DNA of 64,000 nucleotides, from positions 8,064,001 through 8,128,000 of the forward strand of contig OZ244999.1 in assembly GCA_965223265.1 (NCBI GenBank), read 5' to 3'. Source of the stretch: Planctomycetota bacterium. GTDB lineage: Bacteria > Planctomycetota > UBA8108 > SXIK01. Position 1 is the first letter of the stretch, and every line of letters begins with the position of its first letter. A program made the translations under genes and the position numbers. Below are positions 19,232-28,696 of the stretch, piece after piece. The notes below the pieces were generated by a model, which did no database searches, was not told the DNA's origin, and was given only the letters and a program-made list of their open reading frames with translations.

Positions 19232-20368
19232 ATGAGTGAGAAGAACAGACAGTCGCGTCGCCGCTTTTTGAAGAAAGCCTCACTTGCCGCTGCGCCGCTC
19301 GTCGGGGGGCTCCCTGCGGCTTCCTATGGACGCGTCGACGGTGCCAACGAATTCCTGCGGCTGGCCTGGATCGGCGTCGGCGGCCGCGGCACGTCGCTGC
19401 TCGATCGCGCTTTGCGCAGCGTGTCGGTCTCGACGCTGCGGGTCGCCGCGATCTGCGACATCGATCCCGCGGCGCGCGAGCGTGGCATCAAGAAGTGCGC
19501 GGGCATGCGTCCTGATGCTGTCCATGACTACCGCGAACTACTCGATCGCCAGGATATCGATGCGATCTTCATCGCTACGCCCATCTACCTGCATCGAGAG
19601 CATGCTGTTGCGGTTGCGGCCGCAGGCAAGCACGCGTACTGCGAAAAGCCTCTCGGACGCACACCGCAGGAAGTCAAAGACGTCTACGAAGCGGTCAAAC
19701 GCTCTGGCACCAAGTTTCAGGTCGGATTTCAGTGGCGCTATCAAGGCGGTTTTCTCGCGTTCGTCGACGTCGTCCAAAGCGGTCGCATCGGCAAGGTCAA
19801 TTTCATTGATGCGAAGCGGCACGTCGGGGGCTATCCGACGTCGGGCTGGTACGTCGATCGCAATCTCTCCGGCGACCTGATCGTCGAGCAGGCGGTGCAT
19901 GAAATGAACGTCTTCTGCTGGATGCTGCGCTCGCACCCGCTCCGCGCCGCCGGGTTCGGTGGCATCAACGAACTCAACGGCGTGCCGAAGGAGCGGACGA
20001 TCATGGATCACTACGCACTGACGTACGAATTCCCGCACGATATCACGCTCCACTACAGCCACTGCGTGTATACGCCGAGCGGCTTCGGTGGCCTCCTGTT
20101 CCAGGTTTACGGCAGCGACAAAAAAGGAGCTTCGCTCGATGGCGGGCAGCTCCATGTGACGCAAGATCAGCGTCGCAAGAAGATTGAGCTCGAGCCGTGG
20201 GGCGACGCTACTGAAGCGGCCATACAGTCATTCGCAAAGTCCATCCGCGAGGACCGCGAGCCACTGGCGAATGTCGATGCCGGTCGCGCCGCGACGCTGA
20301 TGGCAATCTTGGGTCGCACGGCGATCCATGAGCGTCGTGTGGTCGATTGGGCTGAGGTAGCGATTTGA
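19232..20368 (+). CDS. Tat-exported Gfo/Idh/MocA family oxidoreductase
   Basis: SRRRFLK Tat motif, IGVGGRG, IATPIYLH, YCEKP, QVGFQWR, EQAVH. Confidence 0.92.
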   Translation: MSEKNRQSRRRFLKKASLAAAPLVGGLPAASYGRVDGANEFLRLAWIGVGGRGTSLLDRALRSVSVSTLRVAAICDIDPAARERGIKKCAGMRPDAVHDYRELLDRQDIDAIFIATPIYLHREHAVAVAAAGKHAYCEKPLGRTPQEVKDVYEAVKRSGTKFQVGFQWRYQGGFLAFVDVVQSGRIGKVNFIDAKRHVGGYPTSGWYVDRNLSGDLIVEQAVHEMNVFCWMLRSHPLRAAGFGGINELNGVPKERTIMDHYALTYEFPHDITLHYSHCVYTPSGFGGLLFQVYGSDKKGASLDGGQLHVTQDQRRKKIELEPWGDATEAAIQSFAKSIREDREPLANVDAGRAATLMAILGRTAIHERRVVDWAEVAI

Positions 20369-20559
20369 TCGCAACGGCGATGCTTGGCGCGGCGCTGGTG
20401 ACGACGGTGACGTCAAAGAATCGCGTGCGCTGGGTCCCCGACGCTCGCGTTCGGCGGGCGACCTCTAGTCGTTGCGAGTCAGTCGGACGAGAACGGGCGC
20501 CTCTGCCGCCGCTCCGCGCGCCCGGCGAACCGCCGCCGCTGTCGAGATTTCGCCGCTTC

Positions 20560-21507
20560 TCAGGCGTGGACGTGCGCCTCGTACCAGTCGACGGTCTTCG
20601 TGATCCCTTCGGCGAAGCTGACCCGCGGTTCATAGCCGAGGGCGTCGCGGGCCGCATCGATGGACGCCAGTGAATCGCGCACGTCTCCGGCGCGCGGTTC
20701 GGAGTGATCCGCTTCGGACACGGCGCGCTCACCGATGCGATCGCGGATGAGCGTGAACAGCTCATTCACCGAGTGCGATCCTCCACACGCGATGTTGTAG
20801 GCCTTGCCGCATGCCGCGGTGGGGCATTCGATCGCATGCAGATTCGCGTCGACGACGTTGTCGACGAAGGTGAAGTCTCGAGTCTGTTCTCCGTCGCCGT
20901 GAATGGTTGGCGCTTTGCCGGCCAGCAAGTTCGCGGTGAAGGCTGGCACCACGGCGGCGTAGGCTGAGTTTGGGTCCTGCCGCGGTCCGAAAACGTTGAA
21001 GTAACGCAGGGCGACCGTCTCGAGGCCATAGGCTTCGAAGAAAACGCAGGTGTAGGCCTCTGCGGCGAGCTTCGTCACCGCATAGGGCGAGAGTGGGCGT
21101 GGCTGGAGCGTCTCGGTCTTGACGCGTTCAGGAGCGTTGCCGTAGACGGAGGACGACGACGCGAAAACGAATCGCCGCACGCCCGTTTCACGAGCGGCGA
21201 CGAGGAGGTTGAGGGTGCCTGTAATGTTGACGTCGTGGCTGGTCTGAGGGTCCTTGACGCTGCGCGGTACTGATCCCAGCGCCGCCTCATGAAAAACGGC
21301 GTCGACACCGCAGCACGCCTTCACGCAAACCGACGGGTTGCGAATGTCTCCATCGATGATCTGCACGTTGCGCTCGATCTCATCGAGGTTTTCGCGACGG
21401 CCGGTGGAAAAGTTATCGAGAATGACCGTTTCGTGGCCAGCCGCCAAGAGGCGATGGACCAAGTGCGAACCGATGAACCCGCCACCGCCCGTCACCAATG
21501 CTTTCAC
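20560..21507 (-). CDS. NAD-dependent epimerase/dehydratase (UDP-GlcNAc 4-epimerase/WbpP-like SDR)
   Basis: GTG 21507 after AAGGAG. LVTGGGGFIGSH, HEAALGSVPRS, SPYAVTK (YxxxK), LRYFNVFGPRQDP. Confidence 0.92.
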   Translation of the reverse strand: MKALVTGGGGFIGSHLVHRLLAAGHETVILDNFSTGRRENLDEIERNVQIIDGDIRNPSVCVKACCGVDAVFHEAALGSVPRSVKDPQTSHDVNITGTLNLLVAARETGVRRFVFASSSSVYGNAPERVKTETLQPRPLSPYAVTKLAAEAYTCVFFEAYGLETVALRYFNVFGPRQDPNSAYAAVVPAFTANLLAGKAPTIHGDGEQTRDFTFVDNVVDANLHAIECPTAACGKAYNIACGGSHSVNELFTLIRDRIGERAVSEADHSEPRAGDVRDSLASIDAARDALGYEPRVSFAEGITKTVDWYEAHVHA

Positions 21508-21966
21508 CGCTGGTTCTCCTTCTCCGCCGATCAGTTTCACCCAAGAGACGTACTGACGTCGTCTCTTTGTCTTCGGGTTTTGCAGTCGGGAAAGTTTAGC
21601 CAGGTGCGACGGTCGAACATCCGGGTAGAGGGAAAACGAACGCTTTGCGCTGCGGTTTCGCCACCGCGACCATCCGATAAGTCTGCTGGGCGAACATCTG
21701 CTCGCCGAAAAAAGACCTAAGGGTGCTGGCACTGTCGTGAATGCCATCAATTCGTCTTGACCCCACAGCCCGTTCTCAGCTATCGTAGGGCCGTGAATGA
21801 GGAAAGCACTTCTGAAGGATTGCCCAGGGTCGTAAGTTCACGTTGCGCGGATAGAACCCTAAATTCATCCTGCCGTGGGACTGATCGCGTGGACTAGGGC
21901 GCGGGGCTGCCCTCCATCGAACTTCGGTTCGGCTTTATAGGCCTTTTCGGTCGACGTTCTGCTGTC

Positions 21967-23382
21967 ATGTTCCCTCTGTTTCGTCAACGTGTCAGCCGAC
22001 GCGTGCTCGCGTTGGCGCTGGTCGAATTCTGCGTGCTCGTCACCGCTGCAGCCGGGTTCGTGATCGTGCGCAGCGATGTCGTCTCGACGGTGGACACTGT
22101 CTCCAGACTTGCGCTGCCGGTGTTTTCGTTCGCGGCGGCGACGCTGGTTCAGTTTTCGCTCGCGTCGTTTGGGCTCTATGTGGCGAGCAGTATGTATTCG
22201 CGTCGACGTGTGCTCATCAGCCTGGCCGGAAGTTGGGTGCTCGTCGCAGTTCTATTTACGCCGCTGTGCGTCTCCTTCGCGTACGCAGCTGGCGACGCTT
22301 TCGCCTTCGGTGTTGGAAGCCACTTGCTTCTTGTCACGTTCGTCCTCGGAGTGATCTTGCTGGTGCGTCTCGCCTTTCTTCGGGCCACGGGTGCCGCATC
22401 GTTTCTTGGCAACGTCCTCTTGGTCGGCTCGGACGAACACACAGGCGACATGCTGCGCCAGGCCTACAACAGTCATGGCGGTCACCTGCGGGTAGTCGGC
22501 GTCGTCGATGGCGCGGGTGCGACGTCGGGCAGTGAGTTCAACTCTGTACCGCCTGTTGGTTCGGTTGAGGACCTTGAGTCGGTGGTCGATGAGATGGGCG
22601 TCGACACGTTGATCATTTGCATGCCCTACCAGGACGAACGGCTACCATTCGACGCGCTGATGAACTGTCAGCTGAAGGGCAAACGGGTGCTCGATTCTGG
22701 CAGCTTCTATGAGAGCCTGACGCATCGCGTTTTGGTGTCGCGGATTGACCCTAACTGGATTCCCTCGCCGGATTGCTACCGCCTGAGTCGCTTCCGTTGG
22801 CTGATGAAATGGACGTGCGAGTGGATCGTCGCGGCGGCCGCCCTCCTGCTTGCACTCGTGCCCTTGACGTTGGTCGCACTGCTGAGGCGACTGACCTGCC
22901 GTGGACCGCTCTTCTCCTACGAAGAGCGCGTGGGCAAGAATGGACGCCAGATCAAACTGCACCAGTTCACGATAGCAGGCGCGACTTCGGCCGTTGGCCG
23001 TGCCATCGAGCGTTGGCTTTCGCATTCCGCTGTTCGGACATGGCCGCGCCTGATCAATGTATTGTGCGGGCAGCTTTCCTTCGTTGGACCGCGACCTGAA
23101 ACGCGCGGTCGAGTTGAGGAGCGCATGACCGTCGAGCCCCTTTACCATCACCGCCACTTCATCCGGCCCGGGATCATCGCCTGGGGGGACATCTACTCGG
23201 TCGTGCCAGAACCTACCGATCCAGCGGAGATGGCTCGTCTTCAGCTCGGCTACGATCTCTACTACTTGAAGCACATGACGCTGTTCTTCGATGCGTTGAT
23301 CGTCTTGGCGTGGTTTGTGGGCTGGCGAGGCTCGAGCCGATCGACGAATCGTACCGCAGGCGGGCGGTTCGCCGTGCGCTGA
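21967..23382 (+). CDS. Polyprenyl-phosphate priming sugar transferase homolog (TIGR03013-like, exosortase-system type); catalytic motif degenerate
   Basis: Four N-terminal TMs and a CoA-binding-like middle region. C-terminal ERVGKNG, SFVGPRPE, RPGI..W and YDLYYLKH are present, but LDELPQ is replaced by VRTWPR. Confidence 0.8.
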   Translation: MFPLFRQRVSRRVLALALVEFCVLVTAAAGFVIVRSDVVSTVDTVSRLALPVFSFAAATLVQFSLASFGLYVASSMYSRRRVLISLAGSWVLVAVLFTPLCVSFAYAAGDAFAFGVGSHLLLVTFVLGVILLVRLAFLRATGAASFLGNVLLVGSDEHTGDMLRQAYNSHGGHLRVVGVVDGAGATSGSEFNSVPPVGSVEDLESVVDEMGVDTLIICMPYQDERLPFDALMNCQLKGKRVLDSGSFYESLTHRVLVSRIDPNWIPSPDCYRLSRFRWLMKWTCEWIVAAAALLLALVPLTLVALLRRLTCRGPLFSYEERVGKNGRQIKLHQFTIAGATSAVGRAIERWLSHSAVRTWPRLINVLCGQLSFVGPRPETRGRVEERMTVEPLYHHRHFIRPGIIAWGDIYSVVPEPTDPAEMARLQLGYDLYYLKHMTLFFDALIVLAWFVGWRGSSRSTNRTAGGRFAVR

Positions 23383-23487
23383 GAGCCCCGGCGGGCGCGA
23401 TCTGACGCTGGCGGGCGTGGAGAGAGGGGCATTGGGCGCGCGCACGAAGGCGTTCTGAACGCAGGAGGTCGCCGCGTCCGTCGAGAC

Positions 23488-25488
23488 TCAGCGTGCGCGA
23501 CGTAGATTCGCCGGGGAGACGGGGCTTTGGGCGTCGGCTTTCGTCGTCGCCGAGGCAGATACCGTCTCCGGCGCCAGCGCCCACCCCGCGGCGCGGCCGA
23601 GCTGCGTCACGCCCCCGGGCCAATAGGCGCGCTCAGCGAGGAACGGATTCAGATAGGCGTACGCCTGGTCGGCCCCCTCCCAGCCCTCACGCATCGCGAT
23701 GAGGATCATCAGGCGCGCGGACTTGCCATGGTGATCGAACCATGCCTCTGCCGCGTTGCGAGATCCCTTGATGCCGCGTTCGAAGAGCTCCGCGTAAGTG
23801 TCGAAGTAGTCGATCGTGTCGCCGGAGCGAACGCCCACGGGGTGAACGTTCACCATCGGTGCACCAAACTCGCGTGGGTAGTCGGGGCTGAGGAACATAT
23901 CGAGCGTGAAACGCACGATGCGGTCACGCACGGCGAGTCCACCGCGGAACCCCTGCGCGTTGGCGTGGTCGATGGACCAAGCTAGGTACTCGCGCTGCCA
24001 TGTCGAGATATAGACATTGTTGGTACTGTCTTTGAACTTGCCCTCGAAGACGGTTCCCAACGGCGGCTGGTGCGATGCCGCATAACGATCAAGAAACGCA
24101 AGGTTGTTGGTGACGATTCTCCCGAAGTACTCACTGTAGGGCGAGGCGTCGGGAAGGTAAGCAGCGCAATCGACTAAGTTGCGCAGGCCCCAAGCGAAGC
24201 CGCGGGTATCGTTGTGTTTTTCGATGAGACCTTCGCCGCCGCCGCGGTCCTGTTTGCGCGTTCCAGGCCACGTCGAGAGGACGACGTAGTTGGCCCAGAA
24301 CGCCATTTCATCAGCGAAGAAGCGATCACCCGTTGTGAGATACGGCACGTACGCGAGCGAGGGCTGGTGATTGTTGTCCGGCCTGAGCTCGCCCAGTCCC
24401 TGCTTCATGCCGCTACCGCCTCGCGGTTTGTTTTCCGGTTCGCTGCGCGGATCCATCCAGTAGTTCGGTCGTTCATCGAGCCTGACAAGCGAGAGATCAG
24501 GGTTACGAACGTGAACCGGCCACGAACCAGCAAGCTCACCTTGTCGTAGAACCGTGCGTTTCTGCGCCTCGGTTCGGTGAGCCAAGAAGATCGCGGTCCA
24601 GTCTGGGTACGGCGCGATCTCGCTTCGGCCGCCCGGTGCTGGCATGGACTTGTTGAGTCTTCCCGCCGTCAGAATGTCAAAGTCCGAACGCCGGTTCTCA
24701 TCGACGATGAGCGCCGACATGTAACGAGGCAGCGCGCCCGCGGCGAAGCATGGTTCGAAGTCTGGCGTCAAGCTCGACAGTCGTTCGCCGACGAAGAACG
24801 TCCGACGCCATCGCGTAAGGTAGGGGTGAATGACGCGTTCACGGGCGAAGAGCTCTTCGCCGCCGGCGAGGACACGGACGGAGTAGGCGACCTGGCCGGC
24901 GATCGGCTGATCCAAGACGTTCTCCACGGTCACGTCGACGCGATACGAGTCGTCGCGGTAGTACCGAACGTCGAAGATCACGCGGAGGAATTTGTGGGCA
25001 TCACCGACAGCGGAAGCCGGTGCGACGATGGCCCGGCTTTCCACCGCCAGGGGTCCGTGGAGCCAGAGGTCCCCCGTCGGCGGTGGCAGTCTCGCACTGA
25101 GAGCTGCGTCGCTTGTGTTCACCTGTACTACGACGTCCGGCCACGACGTCGGCTCGAACGAATCTCCCGGGGGGGCATCGGCGTCGAGCACCAAGTAGCG
25201 GCCAGGACGCTCAATGCGTGCTGTCAGCACTGCGAAGCGAACCGAGCCGTCGTCCCAGCGATTCTTAATGTCCACTTGGGTTTCGAGCTGGCCGATCCGC
25301 AGGCCGCTCGGCGCGGCGCCGCGTGGCACGACCTGGCCGAAGGTCGCCCAGCCTTCAGTGAGCCTGATCGAGGCGACCGTACCTGCCTTGCCGACACCAG
25401 CGCAGCTGAGTAGGAGAAAGGCACTCACGAAGAGTGTCTGCGTCGTCGGTGGTCGACGGGTCGTCGGCACGTGTGTCGTCGCTTTCAT
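23488..25488 (-). CDS. Secreted hypothetical protein, possibly polysaccharide-lyase-like (beta N-terminus, helical C-terminus)
   Basis: Signal peptide. Conserved-looking segments RWDDGSVRFAVL, GGRSEIAPYPDW, HQPSLAYVPYLTTGD, RGFAWGLRNL. Lies inside the EPS locus. The fold call is inference. Confidence 0.6.
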   Translation of the reverse strand: MKATTHVPTTRRPPTTQTLFVSAFLLLSCAGVGKAGTVASIRLTEGWATFGQVVPRGAAPSGLRIGQLETQVDIKNRWDDGSVRFAVLTARIERPGRYLVLDADAPPGDSFEPTSWPDVVVQVNTSDAALSARLPPPTGDLWLHGPLAVESRAIVAPASAVGDAHKFLRVIFDVRYYRDDSYRVDVTVENVLDQPIAGQVAYSVRVLAGGEELFARERVIHPYLTRWRRTFFVGERLSSLTPDFEPCFAAGALPRYMSALIVDENRRSDFDILTAGRLNKSMPAPGGRSEIAPYPDWTAIFLAHRTEAQKRTVLRQGELAGSWPVHVRNPDLSLVRLDERPNYWMDPRSEPENKPRGGSGMKQGLGELRPDNNHQPSLAYVPYLTTGDRFFADEMAFWANYVVLSTWPGTRKQDRGGGEGLIEKHNDTRGFAWGLRNLVDCAAYLPDASPYSEYFGRIVTNNLAFLDRYAASHQPPLGTVFEGKFKDSTNNVYISTWQREYLAWSIDHANAQGFRGGLAVRDRIVRFTLDMFLSPDYPREFGAPMVNVHPVGVRSGDTIDYFDTYAELFERGIKGSRNAAEAWFDHHGKSARLMILIAMREGWEGADQAYAYLNPFLAERAYWPGGVTQLGRAAGWALAPETVSASATTKADAQSPVSPANLRRAR

Positions 25489-25658
25489 ATCAGCTCTGGA
25501 ATCTCAGTGAGTCGTCGCCTTTTCGCGGCGCACGGTGTTGACGATCGGGGGAGCTCTCCTTGAGTCGGCGGACACTTACGGTTCAATTGAAGGTTAGGGA
25601 AGGATTGGGGGTACTTATCGAACCGTGGCTGCGGAAGATCATTCTACGTCGTGATTCC

Positions 25659-26015
25659 TCAAGGCACCTCGAACCGCGCCTCGGGACTCAATTGGCTCTC
25701 ATTGCCGCTCGAGTCGTAAGCGACGATCGAAACGTAGTAAGTCCCGGGTGCTAGCCGATCGAGGACGATTTCGTTCGTTTTGCCGACGTCCGTCACGACC
25801 TCGTAATTCGCGGGCTCACGACCGTCGTAGACGCGGTAGCCCGCAAGATCTGCGAGCGGCGATCCATCTTCGTCCAACTGCGAAGTGTCCCACGTCAGCG
25901 CCAATGAGTGTCCGCTCTCGTCGGTGCGCGAGACCGGCCCGTCGCGCTCACTGTTTGCGCAGCCCAACCCCAGAATCAGAGGCACGATCAGTAGCCGCCT
26001 CACTTCTCTCTCCAT
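25659..26015 (-). CDS. Fibronectin type III domain lipoprotein
   Basis: ATG 26015 with GGAG upstream; lipobox LGLGC; LTWD...DLAGYRVY...LAPGTYYVSIVAYDSSGNES. Confidence 0.85.
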   Translation of the reverse strand: MEREVRRLLIVPLILGLGCANSERDGPVSRTDESGHSLALTWDTSQLDEDGSPLADLAGYRVYDGREPANYEVVTDVGKTNEIVLDRLAPGTYYVSIVAYDSSGNESQLSPEARFEVP

Positions 26016-26076
26016 CCTTTTTTCTCCCTGCTGCGTGCTGTTGGGTGCCCGCCGATTGTGCGGTCGCAGGAGACGT

Positions 26077-26092
26077 TGCAACCGTCGTTCCA
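26077..26092 (-). promoter_or_regulatory. Sigma54 (-24/-12) promoter for the FN3 lipoprotein gene
   Basis: Minus strand TGGAACGACGGTTGCA has GG-N10-GC and is close to the TGGCAC-N5-TTGCW consensus; ~60 nt upstream of ATG 26015. Confidence 0.75.
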
Positions 26093-26222
26093 AGGCGCTG
26101 GCCCAGCCTCGCCGCAGTAACTAAGTGAGGCGACTTGCATGCGTTACAGCGTGTGCGACGGTGACCTCGGAGCCCGGCGCACGATGGTAGGAACGCGTTG
26201 GACGTCGACGGTGTTCTGCGAC

Positions 26223-26416
26223 TGAGGCGAAGCTCAACCGATTGGGCGCGAATGATTTACCGGCCGAGCCGGTAACGATCGGGGCGGCTAGGGCGAGATG
26301 ACATGGTGGGCGCGCCTCGATCGCCGCGCGGTCCGCTTTGTCGGGAAGCTCAACACCAACGACCGGACCCAGGACGCGCGCCCTCGTGTGCACGACGAGC
26401 GCCGGAAAACCCGACA
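26223..26416. promoter_or_regulatory. Candidate upstream activator (PrsR-type enhancer) sites between the divergent sigma54 promoters
   Basis: Four 17-mers approximate TGTCGG-N5-CCGACA: TGAGGCGAAGCTCAACC (26223), TACCGGCCGAGCCGGTA (26258), TGTCGGGAAGCTCAACA (26339, TGT-N11-ACA) and CGCCGGAAAACCCGACA (26400). Confidence 0.5.
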
Positions 26417-26535
26417 CACCTTCGACGAAAAGTTGCCGGCACCATGATGACGGTGACGATCGCCGGCTGTCGCTGATTCGTTAATCGGTTGAGCACAAAG
26501 CAGTAGCGAACATCTATCGATCGCCGTGCGAACTG

Positions 26536-26551
26536 TGGCCCGATGTTTGCT
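26536..26551 (+). promoter_or_regulatory. Sigma54 (-24/-12) promoter for the dockerin-FN3 gene
   Basis: TGGCCCGATGTTTGCT has GG-N10-GC, one mismatch from the TGGCAC-N5-TTGCW consensus; ~120 nt upstream of the ORF. Confidence 0.75.
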
Positions 26552-26673
26552 TAGGACGTGCCCGGTACAAGATCGCCGTTTGGAAGGGGGGTGTCTTCCG
26601 TCGGCGTCCCGTTTTCCAGCCGAATGACTCTGTTCAACAGGCTGCCACGGTTCTCCCCAGGAAGTCCAACAGC

Positions 26674-27336
26674 GTGTACGACCAACGCAAGACTGTTCGC
26701 GTCACAGTCGCTGACGTGATCCGAGTGCTGTGTTTCCCTGTTGTCTTGTTTTCGTCAGCGGCCTTATCCGCTTCAGATGTGGACCTGAGCGGTGAGATGA
26801 CTGGCGACTGCAACCTTGACCGGCGTGTCGATATCTCCGACGCCATACAGTCCCTGACGTTTCAGTTCCAAGACAACGAGGTCGAGATCTGCTACGCGCT
26901 CTGTGACGTGGATCGTGACGGCTTGTTGTCGGTGTCGGATGCGATCGCACTGTTGAACGTCTTGTTCATCGATGAAGGAACGTTGCCACCGCACGCGCAG
27001 CATCCGGTGGAGATCTGCGATGGTCTCGACAATGACTGTGACGGCGAGTTCGACGAAGGCTGCTTGGACACCAGCGGTGCCAGCCTCGGTCTCGCCTGGG
27101 ACGCTGTGTCGACTGACGCGGACGGAGAGCCTGAGAACCTCCGCGGTTATCGGCTCTACATCGGAGTTGAGCCGGGCGACTACATGTGGGTGCGAGAAGT
27201 CGGGGCGCTGCCGCAGGCGCGAATCGAGGGATTGCTTCCCGGCCAGACATACTTCTTCGCGGTCAGCGCTGTCGACATTCACGACAACGAGAGCCGCCGT
27301 TCTGGCGAGGTCGCGGCCACGACCTCAATGCCGTAG
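26674..27336 (+). CDS. Secreted protein: dockerin-like + EICDGLDNDCDG metal-binding repeat + FN3 domain
   Basis: Signal ...VVLFSSAALSA, then GDCNLDRRVDISDAI...DVDRDGLLSVSDAI, EICDGLDNDCDGEFDEGC and LAWD...GYRLY...GLLPGQTYFFAVSAVD...NES. Confidence 0.82.
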   Translation: MYDQRKTVRVTVADVIRVLCFPVVLFSSAALSASDVDLSGEMTGDCNLDRRVDISDAIQSLTFQFQDNEVEICYALCDVDRDGLLSVSDAIALLNVLFIDEGTLPPHAQHPVEICDGLDNDCDGEFDEGCLDTSGASLGLAWDAVSTDADGEPENLRGYRLYIGVEPGDYMWVREVGALPQARIEGLLPGQTYFFAVSAVDIHDNESRRSGEVAATTSMP

Positions 27337-27368
27337 CAGCTGCGGTCTGACTCAGCGAACGATACTTT

Positions 27369-28691
27369 TCAAGCCGGCTCGAGCTGGCTCTTGTGCGGCG
27401 GCGCTTCCAGCTCTTGGCGCTGCACTGGAGCTGCGGGCGAGTTCGCGGCTTGAGCGGCCAACCGCTCCATGCAGATGGTGAGCATGAGATAGTGCCACAG
27501 CATCTCGTTGTACTGCATGTTGAGGAACGTGCCGCCCACGGCAAATGACCAGAGCGCGCTCTCAAGTGCAACCGCGAAGCGGCTGAGGGTTTGGAGATCC
27601 GCCCGCTCGGGGTGACGCTTCGCGAGACGAGCCACGCGACGGCAGCTGCGGAATGACTGAGCGAAAACCCACAGAAAAAGAATGAGCCCGGGATATCCTA
27701 GCTCAGCCAGAAGGCCGAACCAGACGCTGTGTACCGCGCGCTCGTTGCCGTAGAGGCCGAGGGTCGGATCGAACTGGTCGTATGCCGACTCATAGCCTTG
27801 AAAGCCAACTCCGACCCAGGGCGAGTCTGCCGCCATGTCCTTGGCGACTTCCCAAAGGTGAAGGCGGCTGAGAGCCGATGATTCCTCCTCTTCGCGAAAC
27901 GTAACGATCGTCTCCATGCGTTCCCAGAACGCCGACGGAAGGAGTGGCAGAACGATGCAGCCGATGAGGACAAACGACGCGAGGATACGCATCTTGCGTC
28001 GGCTGCGCAGCCAGAAGAAGCCAGCGAGGGCTCCGCAGGCCAGGAAGCCACCGCGCGAGAAAGTCGTCAGCGCACGATAGACGATGCCGATGGTCACGAA
28101 TCCGAAGAATCGCCGTGCCCACGTCCGCGTCGCTGTTTGGCCGAGCACGACAACGACTGGGGTCAGCATGAGCATGCCAACTGCGACCATGTTGTTGTCC
28201 CCGAGGAAGGGGATGGAATTCGTGTTGGGTGCGCCGGGCTCGAAGATCATCGACGTCCAGCCTTGCTTGCAGCTTTCCGCGGCCAGACTCAGCGCGATGA
28301 TGAGCAGAGTCGTCTTGAGACGCGCCGCGGAGTCAACGAGCACGACCATACAGTACGAGATCAGCATGATGCGGAGGAACGGCTCGTACCACGCCCAGCT
28401 GACGTCGCGATCTGCAGCCAGCCACGTCGAAAGACCGCAGTGCAGGACAAAGAAGAGTACGACGGTGAGACGGCGATTCCAAAAGAGACGGCTTTTCGAG
28501 AAGAGGGTCGTTACGACGACGCAGACGCCGAGCACCAGGGACAGTCGAAGCGAGAGAATCACGCTCGACCAAACCCACTCTTCAGGCCTAAAGTACGCGT
28601 TCCACAGATAGAAGAGCAGGGTGGGGAATGCCCCATGCAGCGCGTAGAAGGCGCCGACAACGATCATGGCAAAGGCGAGTATCGTGCGCAT
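27369..28691 (-). CDS. O-antigen ligase/polymerase family protein (exosortase-associated, TIGR03097-like)
   Basis: Multi-TM. YLWNAYFRPE, GDNN, TFSRGGFL, SRLHLW, PWVGVG, AVHSVWFGLLAELGYPG. Confidence 0.88.
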   Translation of the reverse strand: MRTILAFAMIVVGAFYALHGAFPTLLFYLWNAYFRPEEWVWSSVILSLRLSLVLGVCVVVTTLFSKSRLFWNRRLTVVLFFVLHCGLSTWLAADRDVSWAWYEPFLRIMLISYCMVVLVDSAARLKTTLLIIALSLAAESCKQGWTSMIFEPGAPNTNSIPFLGDNNMVAVGMLMLTPVVVVLGQTATRTWARRFFGFVTIGIVYRALTTFSRGGFLACGALAGFFWLRSRRKMRILASFVLIGCIVLPLLPSAFWERMETIVTFREEEESSALSRLHLWEVAKDMAADSPWVGVGFQGYESAYDQFDPTLGLYGNERAVHSVWFGLLAELGYPGLILFLWVFAQSFRSCRRVARLAKRHPERADLQTLSRFAVALESALWSFAVGGTFLNMQYNEMLWHYLMLTICMERLAAQAANSPAAPVQRQELEAPPHKSQLEPA

Positions 28692-28696
28692 GACTG

